Shown piece after piece: positions 36,829 to 45,786 of a DNA stretch of 64,000 nucleotides (its first letter is position 1; each line of letters opens with the position of its first letter). The stretch spans positions 368,915 to 432,914 of the forward strand of contig JWKQ01000001.1 in NCBI GenBank assembly GCA_000806115.1, written 5' to 3'. This DNA comes from an archaeon GW2011_AR5 (lineage in GTDB: Archaea; Aenigmatarchaeota; Aenigmatarchaeia; GW2011-AR5). The notes beneath the pieces were generated by a model. That model made no database searches and was not told where the DNA came from. It saw only the letters and a list, made by a program, of their open reading frames with translations. A program made the position numbers and the translations under genes.

Positions 36829-38802
36829 TCATGAAACAATCCTCGACACGTGCTCTTCCTTGTACACTTTTATGACATTGTCCACGAACGTGTCTATTTT
36901 CGGCTCGTGAGAGACAAGTATTATCTGCTTCAGCTGCAGCTCGGCTATTATGTCGCGTATCCTGTCAAGCTGCTCGCTGCTGAACCCGTCGGTAGGCTCG
37001 TCAAGTATAAGCATGTCCCTGGTCTTGATTGTTTCTATCATCGAGTTGATTACGCGGTTCAGCGCGAGACGGTAGGCAAGAGCCACGGCAGTTTTCTCGC
37101 CTCCTGAAAGATTAGTGTATTCAGTGACGTAGCCGTTCTGCTCTATCACCGGCGAGAAGTTCTCGTCGATGCGCACGGAAAACTGGTCACCCATTATTAT
37201 CCCGAACCATTTCTGGAAATAGTCATTAAAGGCGGACTGAAGAGCAGCCATTACATGCTTCTCGATTACGTCCATCAGGGCGGTGAAATATGAATCCATC
37301 CAGTTCATGAGCTCGTTTATGCAGAGAATCTTCTCCTTCGCTTTCCGCTTTTCCAGTATCTCGCGCTCTGCAGACTTGAGAAAGCCGTCTATATCATACA
37401 GCTGCTGCTCGCATCGCGCCTTCTCTTTTTCCGCGACAACCTTCGAGCGGTTTATGACCGATATCTCCTCCTGCACCCGCGAGAAAACTTTTGCAACCTC
37501 ATCCTCGCTGCCTGCCTGATTTGCAAGCATATCCAGTTCGCCGTGAAGGACGGCTATTTCGGAAGAAAGCGACTGCTTCTCGCCTTCCAGAGAAATCTGC
37601 TGGCGCCTGTACTCATCCAGCAAGCGGCGCTCGTACTGGAGCTTCTCGCCCCTTGACAGGTCGGACCTAAGCCCCGCCACGCTTGCAGTGATGAAATCCA
37701 TGTTCCTCTTCAGTTCCTGCATGACGCGCAAGCGCTCGTCAAGGCGCTTCTGGAAGTCGCCCTTTGAAACAGGCTGGTTGCAGAAGCTGCAAACCCCGTC
37801 CTTCATGATGCCTTCAAGACGGCGGAATTCGCTGGATACAACCGCATTTTCCCTGATAATTTTTTCCTTCTTCTCCTCCATCTCATCAATCCGGCGCTTC
37901 AGCGAAACGACGTCGACTGTTTCACCGCTCCCAGGAGCCGATGACATTTTTTCCGCTATGTCGGCAAGGTCGCGGACAACCTTTGCCTCCCTTTGCAGCT
38001 TGGCTTTCAATTCCGACTCAACCCGCGCAATCGCTTTCCGAACGGAACTAATCTCGTCCATCTTTTTTCTTACGTCCTCGAAATATTCCTGCTTCTCCGC
38101 AAGCGCCGCGTCAATCGCCGAAATATCAACAGACTGTTTGTCAAGCAGCACAAGCAACCGCTCTTTTTCCGTTTCCTTCTCCTCCTTCTCGGCAAGCTTA
38201 GCCTCGAGATCCCGGGAAACCGCTTCATTCTCCCGCTTCATGCTTCGAAGCTCCGTGACAAAAATTTTCGCATTCGACTTTATCACCCCGTATTTGTCCG
38301 TGGCAAATATTTTCCTGAGGGTGGAAAGCCTCGTGTCCGCATCAAACAATATGTCCTTCATCTTCTCCTGCGGCGTGTAAACGGTATAGCGGAAGATGGG
38401 GCGGTTTTTCTTGAGAATTTCCTGTGAATACCCGAACAGCTCGAGGATTTTCGACTTCAGTTCCACGGGCATCAATTCCTGAACCTTTCCGTCAATTATC
38501 AGGGTGCCGCTGTCCTGGCTCGCGGAGTCCTTGGTGCGCTTCAGCGTCCTCGTTATCTCAACCTCCCTGCCGTCAATCTCGAATATCAGCGTGACGCTCC
38601 CGCGGTCCTTGCCATGGCGCAGCAAATCAGTCCCTTCAAGCTCCCCCTTCCTCAAACCGAACAGCCCGAAGTCCATCGCAAGAAGTATTGTTGATTTTCC
38701 GCAGCCGACATCACCGGACAACAGCGTGCTGCCAAGAGGGAAGTCAATCTCCTGGTCAAGATAGCTCCTTATGTTCTGCAACCGTATTGATTTCAGCAGC
38801 AT
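36829..38802 (-). CDS. rad50: DNA double-strand-break repair ATPase Rad50 (short, 657 aa)
   Basis: Walker A GDVGCGKST, zinc hook CSFCNQP mid coiled-coil, signature LSGGEKTAVALA and Walker B MLILDEPT. Confidence 0.9.
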   Translation of the reverse strand: MLLKSIRLQNIRSYLDQEIDFPLGSTLLSGDVGCGKSTILLAMDFGLFGLRKGELEGTDLLRHGKDRGSVTLIFEIDGREVEITRTLKRTKDSASQDSGTLIIDGKVQELMPVELKSKILELFGYSQEILKKNRPIFRYTVYTPQEKMKDILFDADTRLSTLRKIFATDKYGVIKSNAKIFVTELRSMKRENEAVSRDLEAKLAEKEEKETEKERLLVLLDKQSVDISAIDAALAEKQEYFEDVRKKMDEISSVRKAIARVESELKAKLQREAKVVRDLADIAEKMSSAPGSGETVDVVSLKRRIDEMEEKKEKIIRENAVVSSEFRRLEGIMKDGVCSFCNQPVSKGDFQKRLDERLRVMQELKRNMDFITASVAGLRSDLSRGEKLQYERRLLDEYRRQQISLEGEKQSLSSEIAVLHGELDMLANQAGSEDEVAKVFSRVQEEISVINRSKVVAEKEKARCEQQLYDIDGFLKSAEREILEKRKAKEKILCINELMNWMDSYFTALMDVIEKHVMAALQSAFNDYFQKWFGIIMGDQFSVRIDENFSPVIEQNGYVTEYTNLSGGEKTAVALAYRLALNRVINSMIETIKTRDMLILDEPTDGFSSEQLDRIRDIIAELQLKQIILVSHEPKIDTFVDNVIKVYKEEHVSRIVS

Positions 38803-38810
38803 TTTTTCAC

Positions 38811-40004
38811 CTACAAATCAAGCAGCTTCTTCGCGTTCTCCCTGATTTTCTCCTCGAACGTGGCATTGGTTTCATCTTCCCCTTTTTCTTCTTTCAGGAC
38901 GTTCATAAGCGAGAATATCAGCCGTCCCATATCCTCACGGTTGAAAAGCTTCATGCGGTCGGCGTGCTTTGCTATGAGTTGCCTTTCCAGGTCGTCTATA
39001 TTCGTTATATTCTCCACCTGCGCCTCTTCCATCGACTCTGAAGAGAGCTTGCTTATATTCTTCTTCAGGCAGATGGCGCCCAGCGACTCGGCTTTTGCGG
39101 CAATCGATTTGAAGTCTATGTCGGACGGCTTTCCATTAAGCGTGCCGCGCAGACGCAGCAGAAGCGCGGTGTTTTCAAGGGATTCCGGCAGCATGTCCAT
39201 TATCATGTTCTCAACTTCCCCGGGCGTTTTTCCCGTAACCTCCCTGTCAACAAGAAGCGTCTCAAACATTTTCACAGGCACGTCCTTTATGCTGATTCCG
39301 CCGCCGCATTCCACAATATAGAATCCGCTGTCATAATGCTCCAGTTCGTCGAAGCTTGTGGGGAAGAGAGGACCTGGGAAGGCAACGCTCCCGCGAACTG
39401 TGTCATAAATGTGCCTCACATGTATGTGACCTGTCGCGTAGTAATCGAAGCCTTCCGGTAGGAGAGAGATTGGAACGGAACTCATGCCCTGCATGCTCCG
39501 GTGCTCGTCTATGCCGCAGTGGAACACAAAGATCTTAGTTCCATCCTCCTTCGGGATTTCAATGCGGGAGAAAGATTCCACCTCAAGCGAGCCTTTCCTG
39601 CCGAATATGCCTGCCAGTTTGCAGCCTGTCCTGGCGTCAACGGTGAATTCGAGCATAATGCGTCCATTATTCTCGGTGTATTTCGCAACGTCAACAATCA
39701 AGCCCGCATTCTCGAAGACAGAGAGCATAGTCTTGCCTGTCGGGGAGTAGTCGTGGGAGCCTGCGACCATGTAGACAGGCACTCCGGCTTCCCTGCATCG
39801 GCGAAAGCTGCTTACCGCGCGCTTGAGCACGTCTATGCCGGGCAGCGACGTGTCAAGCAGGTCGCCGGCAATGATTATGAAATCAACATTTTCAGAAAGG
39901 CAGCGGTCAATGGCAGTCTCGAAAGCGCGAATGGCGAACTCTTTCATCTCCGGATGATTGGACCAGCTTCCGAGATGGCAGTCGGACATGTGGGCGAAAC
40001 GCAT
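38811..40004 (-). CDS. mre11: DNA double-strand-break repair nuclease Mre11
   Basis: Phosphoesterase motifs MSDCHLG, AGDLLD, GSHDY and GHIH. Lies immediately upstream of rad50. Confidence 0.9.
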   Translation of the reverse strand: MRFAHMSDCHLGSWSNHPEMKEFAIRAFETAIDRCLSENVDFIIIAGDLLDTSLPGIDVLKRAVSSFRRCREAGVPVYMVAGSHDYSPTGKTMLSVFENAGLIVDVAKYTENNGRIMLEFTVDARTGCKLAGIFGRKGSLEVESFSRIEIPKEDGTKIFVFHCGIDEHRSMQGMSSVPISLLPEGFDYYATGHIHVRHIYDTVRGSVAFPGPLFPTSFDELEHYDSGFYIVECGGGISIKDVPVKMFETLLVDREVTGKTPGEVENMIMDMLPESLENTALLLRLRGTLNGKPSDIDFKSIAAKAESLGAICLKKNISKLSSESMEEAQVENITNIDDLERQLIAKHADRMKLFNREDMGRLIFSLMNVLKEEKGEDETNATFEEKIRENAKKLLDL

Positions 40005-40273
40005 GGGTAGGATATGTAATGAATTTATTTATTGCAATGAATCAGGCAGTCTAAAAGACAAACGCCAGAATATGCAGCGATTACTGCCATTTTTTCCTAT
40101 TTGGCGTTTTATGGCGGTATTTTTGTCATTTTAAAGGGATAAAAATTGGCGTCACAGGCTATTTAAGAATCGCTTCTTATTCACTTCCTACGGTATCTTG
40201 TGTTGTCTTGCGATACTACAGCTTTAAATATTAATTGTTACTACTATATAGTAACTTAATTAAAGGTGTTGTT

Positions 40274-40849
40274 ATGCCATACGAACCAGCTGAAAAGAAG
40301 AACAAGGAGAAATACGGGGCATCTTCCATAGACTCCAGAAGCTACAGGGAAAAAACCGGCTACAAAGAAGAAAGGGAGCCGCTGTCACATCACCTGAAAG
40401 ACACGAGAGCCGACTACAGTCCTCTCCGCGTGAAGGAAGAGACAGTCATCTCATCCCGCCTTGTGCCGCGCGTAGAGGATGACAAGATAAAGCCGCTACG
40501 CCTGGTTAGCAGCGAAGTTATAGGTGGAATATTCGACCGTGTGCATTTCCTTGAAAAGAGAATCAGCGAGCTTAGGGAAAACGTAAGTCTCCGCACGACA
40601 ATCCACGACCAGATATCAGCGGAAATCGAAAAAGACATAGAGGACAGGATGCAGTTCCTTCTCGCGATTTCTGACATTAATGAGCGGCGTAATCTTAAGC
40701 TGGACATTTCCGTGCTCAGGAAAGAAAGGCGCGGCGAGAACGTGCAGTACTGGCGCGATTTGGTGGAGCTGAACACGGAACTTCGAAAGCTGGAAGAGGA
40801 ACATGAAATCGAGAAGAAGATTGCAGGAATATTCGGGGATGGTAACTGA
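40274..40849 (+). CDS. coiled-coil protein (191 aa), first gene of the HerA-like operon
   Basis: ATG at 40274 after AAAGGTG. Charged heptad-rich C-half. Confidence 0.5.
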   Translation: MPYEPAEKKNKEKYGASSIDSRSYREKTGYKEEREPLSHHLKDTRADYSPLRVKEETVISSRLVPRVEDDKIKPLRLVSSEVIGGIFDRVHFLEKRISELRENVSLRTTIHDQISAEIEKDIEDRMQFLLAISDINERRNLKLDISVLRKERRGENVQYWRDLVELNTELRKLEEEHEIEKKIAGIFGDGN

Positions 40850-41103
40850 TGGTGCACACTCACTTCGTATATAACACCGGAACGCTCAACACACTCATAG
40901 AAAAGGACAGGGTGAAAGCGATACTTCTGCACGAATTCAGCAGGTATTCTCCCGTACAGACGGCAATATCCCTTTACCTGGCTGAATATTTACCCCGGAA
41001 AATAACAAAAGACCCCGAATGGAGCAGGGATCATGCAATTATACACAGATGCGTAGACGACTTTCACGACGAAAATTACTGGAGATTTCAAGGGACAAAT
41101 TAG
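40849..41103 (+). CDS. hypothetical protein (84 aa)
   Basis: Track ORF. Its start overlaps the upstream stop (TGATG). Confidence 0.45.
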   Translation: MVHTHFVYNTGTLNTLIEKDRVKAILLHEFSRYSPVQTAISLYLAEYLPRKITKDPEWSRDHAIIHRCVDDFHDENYWRFQGTN

Positions 41104-41111
41104 GCGATAAT

Positions 41112-41408
41112 ATGAAATTATACTGGGCTGCCGCAGTAAACTTCGGGAACAGAGTTGAACTCTACAAAGAGCGGGTCAACTCGAATGATTTCAGCAGACA
41201 TTCGGACACGTTTGCAATCCGTCCATTTTACAGCGACGGCGCTCCTGGATACGTGAGCCACATGGCATTCGGCAGAACGGAAGAAGATGCGGCAAGAAAT
41301 CTTGACAATCTAAATTGGCGGGAATATGCTGCAGATGTGAGGGACAGCAAGTATCGCGCAGAAACAATTCGCAGCAGCACACAAAGAGCCCGCCAGGTAA
41401 AAAGGTGA
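41112..41408 (+). CDS. hypothetical protein (98 aa)
   Basis: ATG at 41112 (MKLYWAAAV...) inside track ORF 41019..41408. Confidence 0.45.
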   Translation: MKLYWAAAVNFGNRVELYKERVNSNDFSRHSDTFAIRPFYSDGAPGYVSHMAFGRTEEDAARNLDNLNWREYAADVRDSKYRAETIRSSTQRARQVKR

Positions 41409-41413
41409 CAATA

Positions 41414-43348
41414 ATGATAGAGATAAAAGAAAGAATCTTCACGGACGAGATAAAACGGCTGTCCCCGATACTCAGCAAGCAGACAGCCGAACGGCTTTCG
41501 AAAGCTTACCTGCTCGGCGACGAGACTACAAGGAAGCGCATCATAGAGATGCTCGACATCATGAAGGCTTCCGTGCTTGCGGATCCCGAGCTTTCCGGGG
41601 CACCGCTCCTTGAGCCGCCTTCGGTGGACGGGGATATTGAGATAGGCAGCATGCTGTACGGCCGCAAGAACGTCGGACCGCTTCTCTGGGACAAGAACAG
41701 CTTCATGACGCACGTCGGCATATTTGGCTCAAGCGGGTATGGAAAAACAAACCTCTCCTACCTGATGATAAAATCCCTTTCCGACAAGGGCGTGCCCGTC
41801 GTGATTTTTGACTTTTCCAAAAAGAACTACCGCGATTTGATGCAGACGGATTTGCGCGACAGAGTTACCGTGTACACCGTCGGCAGCAACGTCTCGCCGC
41901 TGCGGTTCAATCCGCTGAAGCCGCCCGTCGGCGTCAGCAAGACGCAATGGGCGAAAGAGTTCGCGGAAATATTCGACCACGCATACTGGCTGCTCGGAGG
42001 AGGAAGACATATCATAATGAAGGCGCTTGGAGAACTGTACGAGACAAGCGACAAGCCGATACTGGACGACCTGAAGAAATACATAGAGGCGATGTCGTCG
42101 GGCACTTCGCGCGAGCGCAACTGGGTATCAACGTCAATGCGTCCGTTAGAAAGCCTTTGCATGAAGGAAACCGGCGAGATATTCTCGCTGGCTGACGGCG
42201 TGAAGCCTTCGGCGTTCTTCGAGCCGGGGAGAATCACCGTGCTTGAGATGGACACGCTGTCAACAAACGACAAAACATTCTTCATAGAGATAACGCTCCA
42301 GTGGGTACGCGACTGGCTGCTCATAAACGGAACAAGGGAGGAGCTTCACGGAGTAATCATACTGGAAGAAGCTCACCACATACTCAACAGGGAGAAGTCA
42401 AAGAAAATCGGGAGCGAAACTGTCATGGATCTCGTGTTCAGGGAGATGAGAGAGCTCGGGCTTGGAATAGTTTACCTGGATCAGCATCCCTCGATGATGT
42501 CTTATCCGGCGCTCGGCAACACGTCGACGCATATATACATGAACCTGGGTCTTGACACGCGCTACAGCAGCGACGTGCAGGACGCTGTGAGCATGCTGGG
42601 ATTGGACGACGACTACAAGGATCACATGAGGCAGTTACCGGTCGGGCACGCGCTCGTGCTTATGAGGCGCTCGGCATGGACGAAACCGTTCTCCGCAAGC
42701 TTTCCGCTTATTGAGATAAAGAAAGGGACGACGAAGGACGCCGACGTAAGCCGCATCATGAACCAGAAGATCGGAATAGTCACTGAAGACCCACAGGAAC
42801 TTGACGACGTCCAGCTGGAAATAATAAACTCAATCGGCTCAGGCAAAGGCGTGTTCACGTCGCAGCTCTACAAGCCGCTGAAGCTCTCGGGCACGGCGTT
42901 CAAGGAGAAGATGTCGACGCTGCTCCGCAACGGGACAATCGGCGTGCGCGAGGTTCGCATAGAAAAGACAAAAGCGAATTACTATTATCTGACTGCAAAG
43001 GGCGAAAAAATATTCTCTGAAAAATTCGGGTTGAAGAGCAAAAGATTTGACATAGAGAACAAGGCAAAAAGCGTATTCGGTTCTCTCGGATGGAAATACA
43101 GGCAGGACAAAAACGAGTTCATAATAGACAACGGAAAAAACATACGGCTCGTGCTGCTGCAGAACCTTGACAGGAATGAAATAGAAAGCCTGGTGAACGG
43201 CGAGACATACTATCTTTGCGCGACGCCTGAAATCAGAAATATTCTTCTTCAGAGCGCGGCAAAACTTCTTGATTCAAAAATAACCAAGATTTCCGTGGCG
43301 ATGTTCGATAGCTTTCCGGAGTCCGGCTTCATGGACTTTGTTTTCTGA
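41414..43348 (+). CDS. HerA/FtsK-superfamily (DUF87-like) P-loop ATPase with C-terminal wHTH-like and nuclease-like tail
   Basis: Walker A GIFGSSGYGKTN and Walker B VIILEEAHHIL. ATG at 41414 after AAAGGTGA. C-terminal about 170 aa looks like a winged helix (GVFTSQLYKPLKLSGTAFKEKMSTLLRNGTI) plus a small extra domain. Confidence 0.75.
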   Translation: MIEIKERIFTDEIKRLSPILSKQTAERLSKAYLLGDETTRKRIIEMLDIMKASVLADPELSGAPLLEPPSVDGDIEIGSMLYGRKNVGPLLWDKNSFMTHVGIFGSSGYGKTNLSYLMIKSLSDKGVPVVIFDFSKKNYRDLMQTDLRDRVTVYTVGSNVSPLRFNPLKPPVGVSKTQWAKEFAEIFDHAYWLLGGGRHIIMKALGELYETSDKPILDDLKKYIEAMSSGTSRERNWVSTSMRPLESLCMKETGEIFSLADGVKPSAFFEPGRITVLEMDTLSTNDKTFFIEITLQWVRDWLLINGTREELHGVIILEEAHHILNREKSKKIGSETVMDLVFREMRELGLGIVYLDQHPSMMSYPALGNTSTHIYMNLGLDTRYSSDVQDAVSMLGLDDDYKDHMRQLPVGHALVLMRRSAWTKPFSASFPLIEIKKGTTKDADVSRIMNQKIGIVTEDPQELDDVQLEIINSIGSGKGVFTSQLYKPLKLSGTAFKEKMSTLLRNGTIGVREVRIEKTKANYYYLTAKGEKIFSEKFGLKSKRFDIENKAKSVFGSLGWKYRQDKNEFIIDNGKNIRLVLLQNLDRNEIESLVNGETYYLCATPEIRNILLQSAAKLLDSKITKISVAMFDSFPESGFMDFVF

Positions 43349-43357
43349 GGCGGTAGC

Positions 43358-44452
43358 ATGAAACAAGATATAATCAGCCGAAGGGATTTCTTCAAAAGAA
43401 CCGGAGCGGCAGGAATTGCAATTGCATCCTTCACTGCAGGAGTTGATGCACATTCCTTCATAACATATTTATTCTCTGAGCAACGGGCGCCTGCATCAGA
43501 CACTTACGCAAACACATGGTTTGACGCATTTCCCGATTCGCTGCCGGGCGCGTACAAGATAGAAAAATCTGCAAGGACGCCCGGCGCAACATACGCCCTC
43601 GTGCATGTCAGGCAAAGGCATTACAGACCTGAAGCAACCGAGGCAGATCTGGCGAAAATACAGGAAGTGCAGGATGACATTTACAAAACACTATCAAGCC
43701 TCCTGGAAAAAGGCCTGATCAAGGGCGTTTATGACGAAGGCACTGAACCATTTGGCGCACAGATGATGAAAGAAATGAGAGACTTAAGGAAAAGACTGAA
43801 AACGGACATGCAAAGGTTCGAGAGAGAGCCTTTTGATGTCTATGGCATGATGATTAATTCCCAAAGGGAAATGATAGAGAGATACAGGGCAATGCTTAAG
43901 GACGAAAAGGACCCAGTACGCATAGACAGAATAAAAGAAGAAATCAGGAAAGTAGAGGCAAACATATCTGAAGGCGAAAAACTGAGAGAGCAGCAAATTG
44001 AGCTGCAGGCCAGAACAAAAGAAACAACTCAAAAGATACAGCGCGATATGGAAAAGATGGACCGGGAATCGGAGCGCACAGGCGGCGCAGTGGCAAAACT
44101 TCACAATGAAGGAAGGGTGGAAGTTTTTGCGGCAGAAACCTACGAGGCCAATCTCAGGGCGCAAATAGCAAGCAACAGGCAGTTTATAGAATTATACAAC
44201 CAGGCAATGGCGGGCGGACAGATTCCATCTGAGATACAGCTGCCGCCGGAAGTTACAGAGATGAGGGAAGACATCCTGCTTGATTTTGTTCACAAAGCTG
44301 AAGACAGAACAGCAGTGACCGTCTATGGCGGAGCGCACGACTGGGTAAACAATGTGAAACAATGGAATGGCAAAAACCCGAATGACAAATTCTCGCTCAT
44401 AGTTATAACGCCCGATGCGTATGAACGCCTGGAAAGGGAGAAGAGGCGATAA
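43358..44452 (+). CDS. Tat-signal exported protein (364 aa), possible TraB/PrgY/TIKI-like fold
   Basis: Twin-arginine motif SRRDFFKRTGAAGIAIA. ALVHVRQRH and TVYGGAHDW loosely resemble the two GxxH motifs of the TraB/TIKI family (weak). Confidence 0.55.
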   Translation: MKQDIISRRDFFKRTGAAGIAIASFTAGVDAHSFITYLFSEQRAPASDTYANTWFDAFPDSLPGAYKIEKSARTPGATYALVHVRQRHYRPEATEADLAKIQEVQDDIYKTLSSLLEKGLIKGVYDEGTEPFGAQMMKEMRDLRKRLKTDMQRFEREPFDVYGMMINSQREMIERYRAMLKDEKDPVRIDRIKEEIRKVEANISEGEKLREQQIELQARTKETTQKIQRDMEKMDRESERTGGAVAKLHNEGRVEVFAAETYEANLRAQIASNRQFIELYNQAMAGGQIPSEIQLPPEVTEMREDILLDFVHKAEDRTAVTVYGGAHDWVNNVKQWNGKNPNDKFSLIVITPDAYERLEREKRR

Positions 44453-44454
44453 AT

Positions 44455-44946
44455 ATGGTGTTCTACAATCCGTTCACGACCAGAATTTCCGGCATTAGCA
44501 ACGAGCCTATCCCGGCGATAGTTTATCCAAGCCTAGGCGCAGAAAAGGTTTTCAGCCGCAAAGAAAGAGGATGCCTGGAGAGGTACCTTCAGCAGGCGCT
44601 TGTCATCAACAAACAAAACGTTCCTTCAGACACAGAATACATGATAAGCGTTTTGTGGGAAGACAATAATAGCAAGATGGCAGATGTCAGGCTGAGCCGA
44701 CAGGTGCAAAGCTACGGATTCGGGCCGCTAAACTTCATCGCTCTTTTCAGGAATCTTGAGCCGTACACGCCTGACCCAACCAAGCCCGAGGGTCATACGT
44801 GCGGCAACGAAGATGTGATAATCGGCCGCGAGGAAGAACACAGAGTGCGTGCGGGAGAAGACAACCTTCAGGAATACCTTTTCGGCAGGCGCCCCGCGCT
44901 TCCTAAAAGGCTAAGAGTCGGAAAAAGCTTCTATCTTGTTCGATGA
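44455..44946 (+). CDS. hypothetical protein (163 aa), last gene of the HerA-like operon
   Basis: Track ORF, 2 nt after the upstream stop. Confidence 0.5.
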   Translation: MVFYNPFTTRISGISNEPIPAIVYPSLGAEKVFSRKERGCLERYLQQALVINKQNVPSDTEYMISVLWEDNNSKMADVRLSRQVQSYGFGPLNFIALFRNLEPYTPDPTKPEGHTCGNEDVIIGREEEHRVRAGEDNLQEYLFGRRPALPKRLRVGKSFYLVR

Positions 44947-45216
44947 TTACCCGAACCTTCTCACCCATTTGATGATAGTCCATCTTGAAACTTTCACCCC
45001 GCGCGACTCGAGCTGGCGTTTTACTTTTGAAGACGAAGAGCCGGACTTGTAAAGCCTCACAGCGTGCATGACGTCGCTTCGGTGAAAGCGCATCTTCGGC
45101 CAGTCTGTCGTGAATTTGCGCCCGCATTTTGTGCAAAGGTAAAGCTGCTTTTTTCCAAGGTTCGTGCGTCGAAGTCCGCGCTTCACGCCTCGTCCCGTGC
45201 AATGGGGGCATTTCAT
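44947..45216 (-). CDS. transposase N-terminal fragment (zinc ribbon + HTH, IS6/IS1-like), no catalytic domain
   Basis: MKCPHCTG...YLCTKCGRKF zinc ribbon, then an HTH-like ...VRLYKSG.S..KV...L...GVKVSRWTIIKWVRRFG. Only 89 aa, so the DDE part is absent. Confidence 0.55.
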   Translation of the reverse strand: MKCPHCTGRGVKRGLRRTNLGKKQLYLCTKCGRKFTTDWPKMRFHRSDVMHAVRLYKSGSSSSKVKRQLESRGVKVSRWTIIKWVRRFG

Positions 45217-45279
45217 AGATATGTATTTGGAGCGGCACTATTAATTTTTATACGTGCGCATCATTGTAAAATTTCATCA

Positions 45280-45453
45280 CATCTTCTTTGTATACCCACG
45301 ACTTTAGTCGTGGGTTTGTTAGAAGATGGGATCCCGAATGCGCCTCTAATTAAACATGATGAAGCTTCGCTTCACCTGTACAGAAAGAACTTCGTTCTTT
45401 CATGTACATGCCGTCTAAAGACGGCAGTTTCAGGCACATTCAAGATGAGAATC
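45280..45453 (+). repeat. family-1 multi-hairpin intergenic element, copy E
   Basis: Same as copy D apart from two substitutions, a 3-nt indel and a 28-nt hairpin insertion (45292-45319) in the P1 loop. Confidence 0.8.
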
Positions 45454-45786
45454 AGCACGAAAGGCCTCAGGAAAGAGGAAGGCTACAGCTTCGAAGATGT
45501 CAGGCGCGCGCTGATAGACTGGCACATACCTTACGAGGTTACGCGCCGCCCGGCAAGAGCGGACACGTATTTCAGGAGCTCGGCAGTGATCCTTTGCGAA
45601 AGCGACCCTGAGAAAAGGCAGGGGCACATATCGAGGGTGATGGAAAGGTTCAATGCGCGTCAATCGGACGGCTATCTTTCATGCCATGCGTACTACAGAA
45701 TTACGCCAGAGTTTGACTTATCCGTGCTGAACGGGCATCCAAAATTCTTGAATGGCATGCTTGTCGAAATTACATTAATAGGATGA
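45445..45786 (+). CDS. hypothetical protein (113 aa)
   Basis: ATG at 45445 lies in the tail of repeat E. In frame with track ORF 45064..45786, whose upstream part runs through the repeat and antisense to the transposase fragment. Confidence 0.35.
   Translation: MRISTKGLRKEEGYSFEDVRRALIDWHIPYEVTRRPARADTYFRSSAVILCESDPEKRQGHISRVMERFNARQSDGYLSCHAYYRITPEFDLSVLNGHPKFLNGMLVEITLIG

Noticed and set aside
37688-38380. 230-aa Ser-rich plus-strand ORF
   Set aside because: It is antisense to rad50. Its Ser/Phe-rich composition mirrors the Glu/Lys-rich coiled coil on the other strand.
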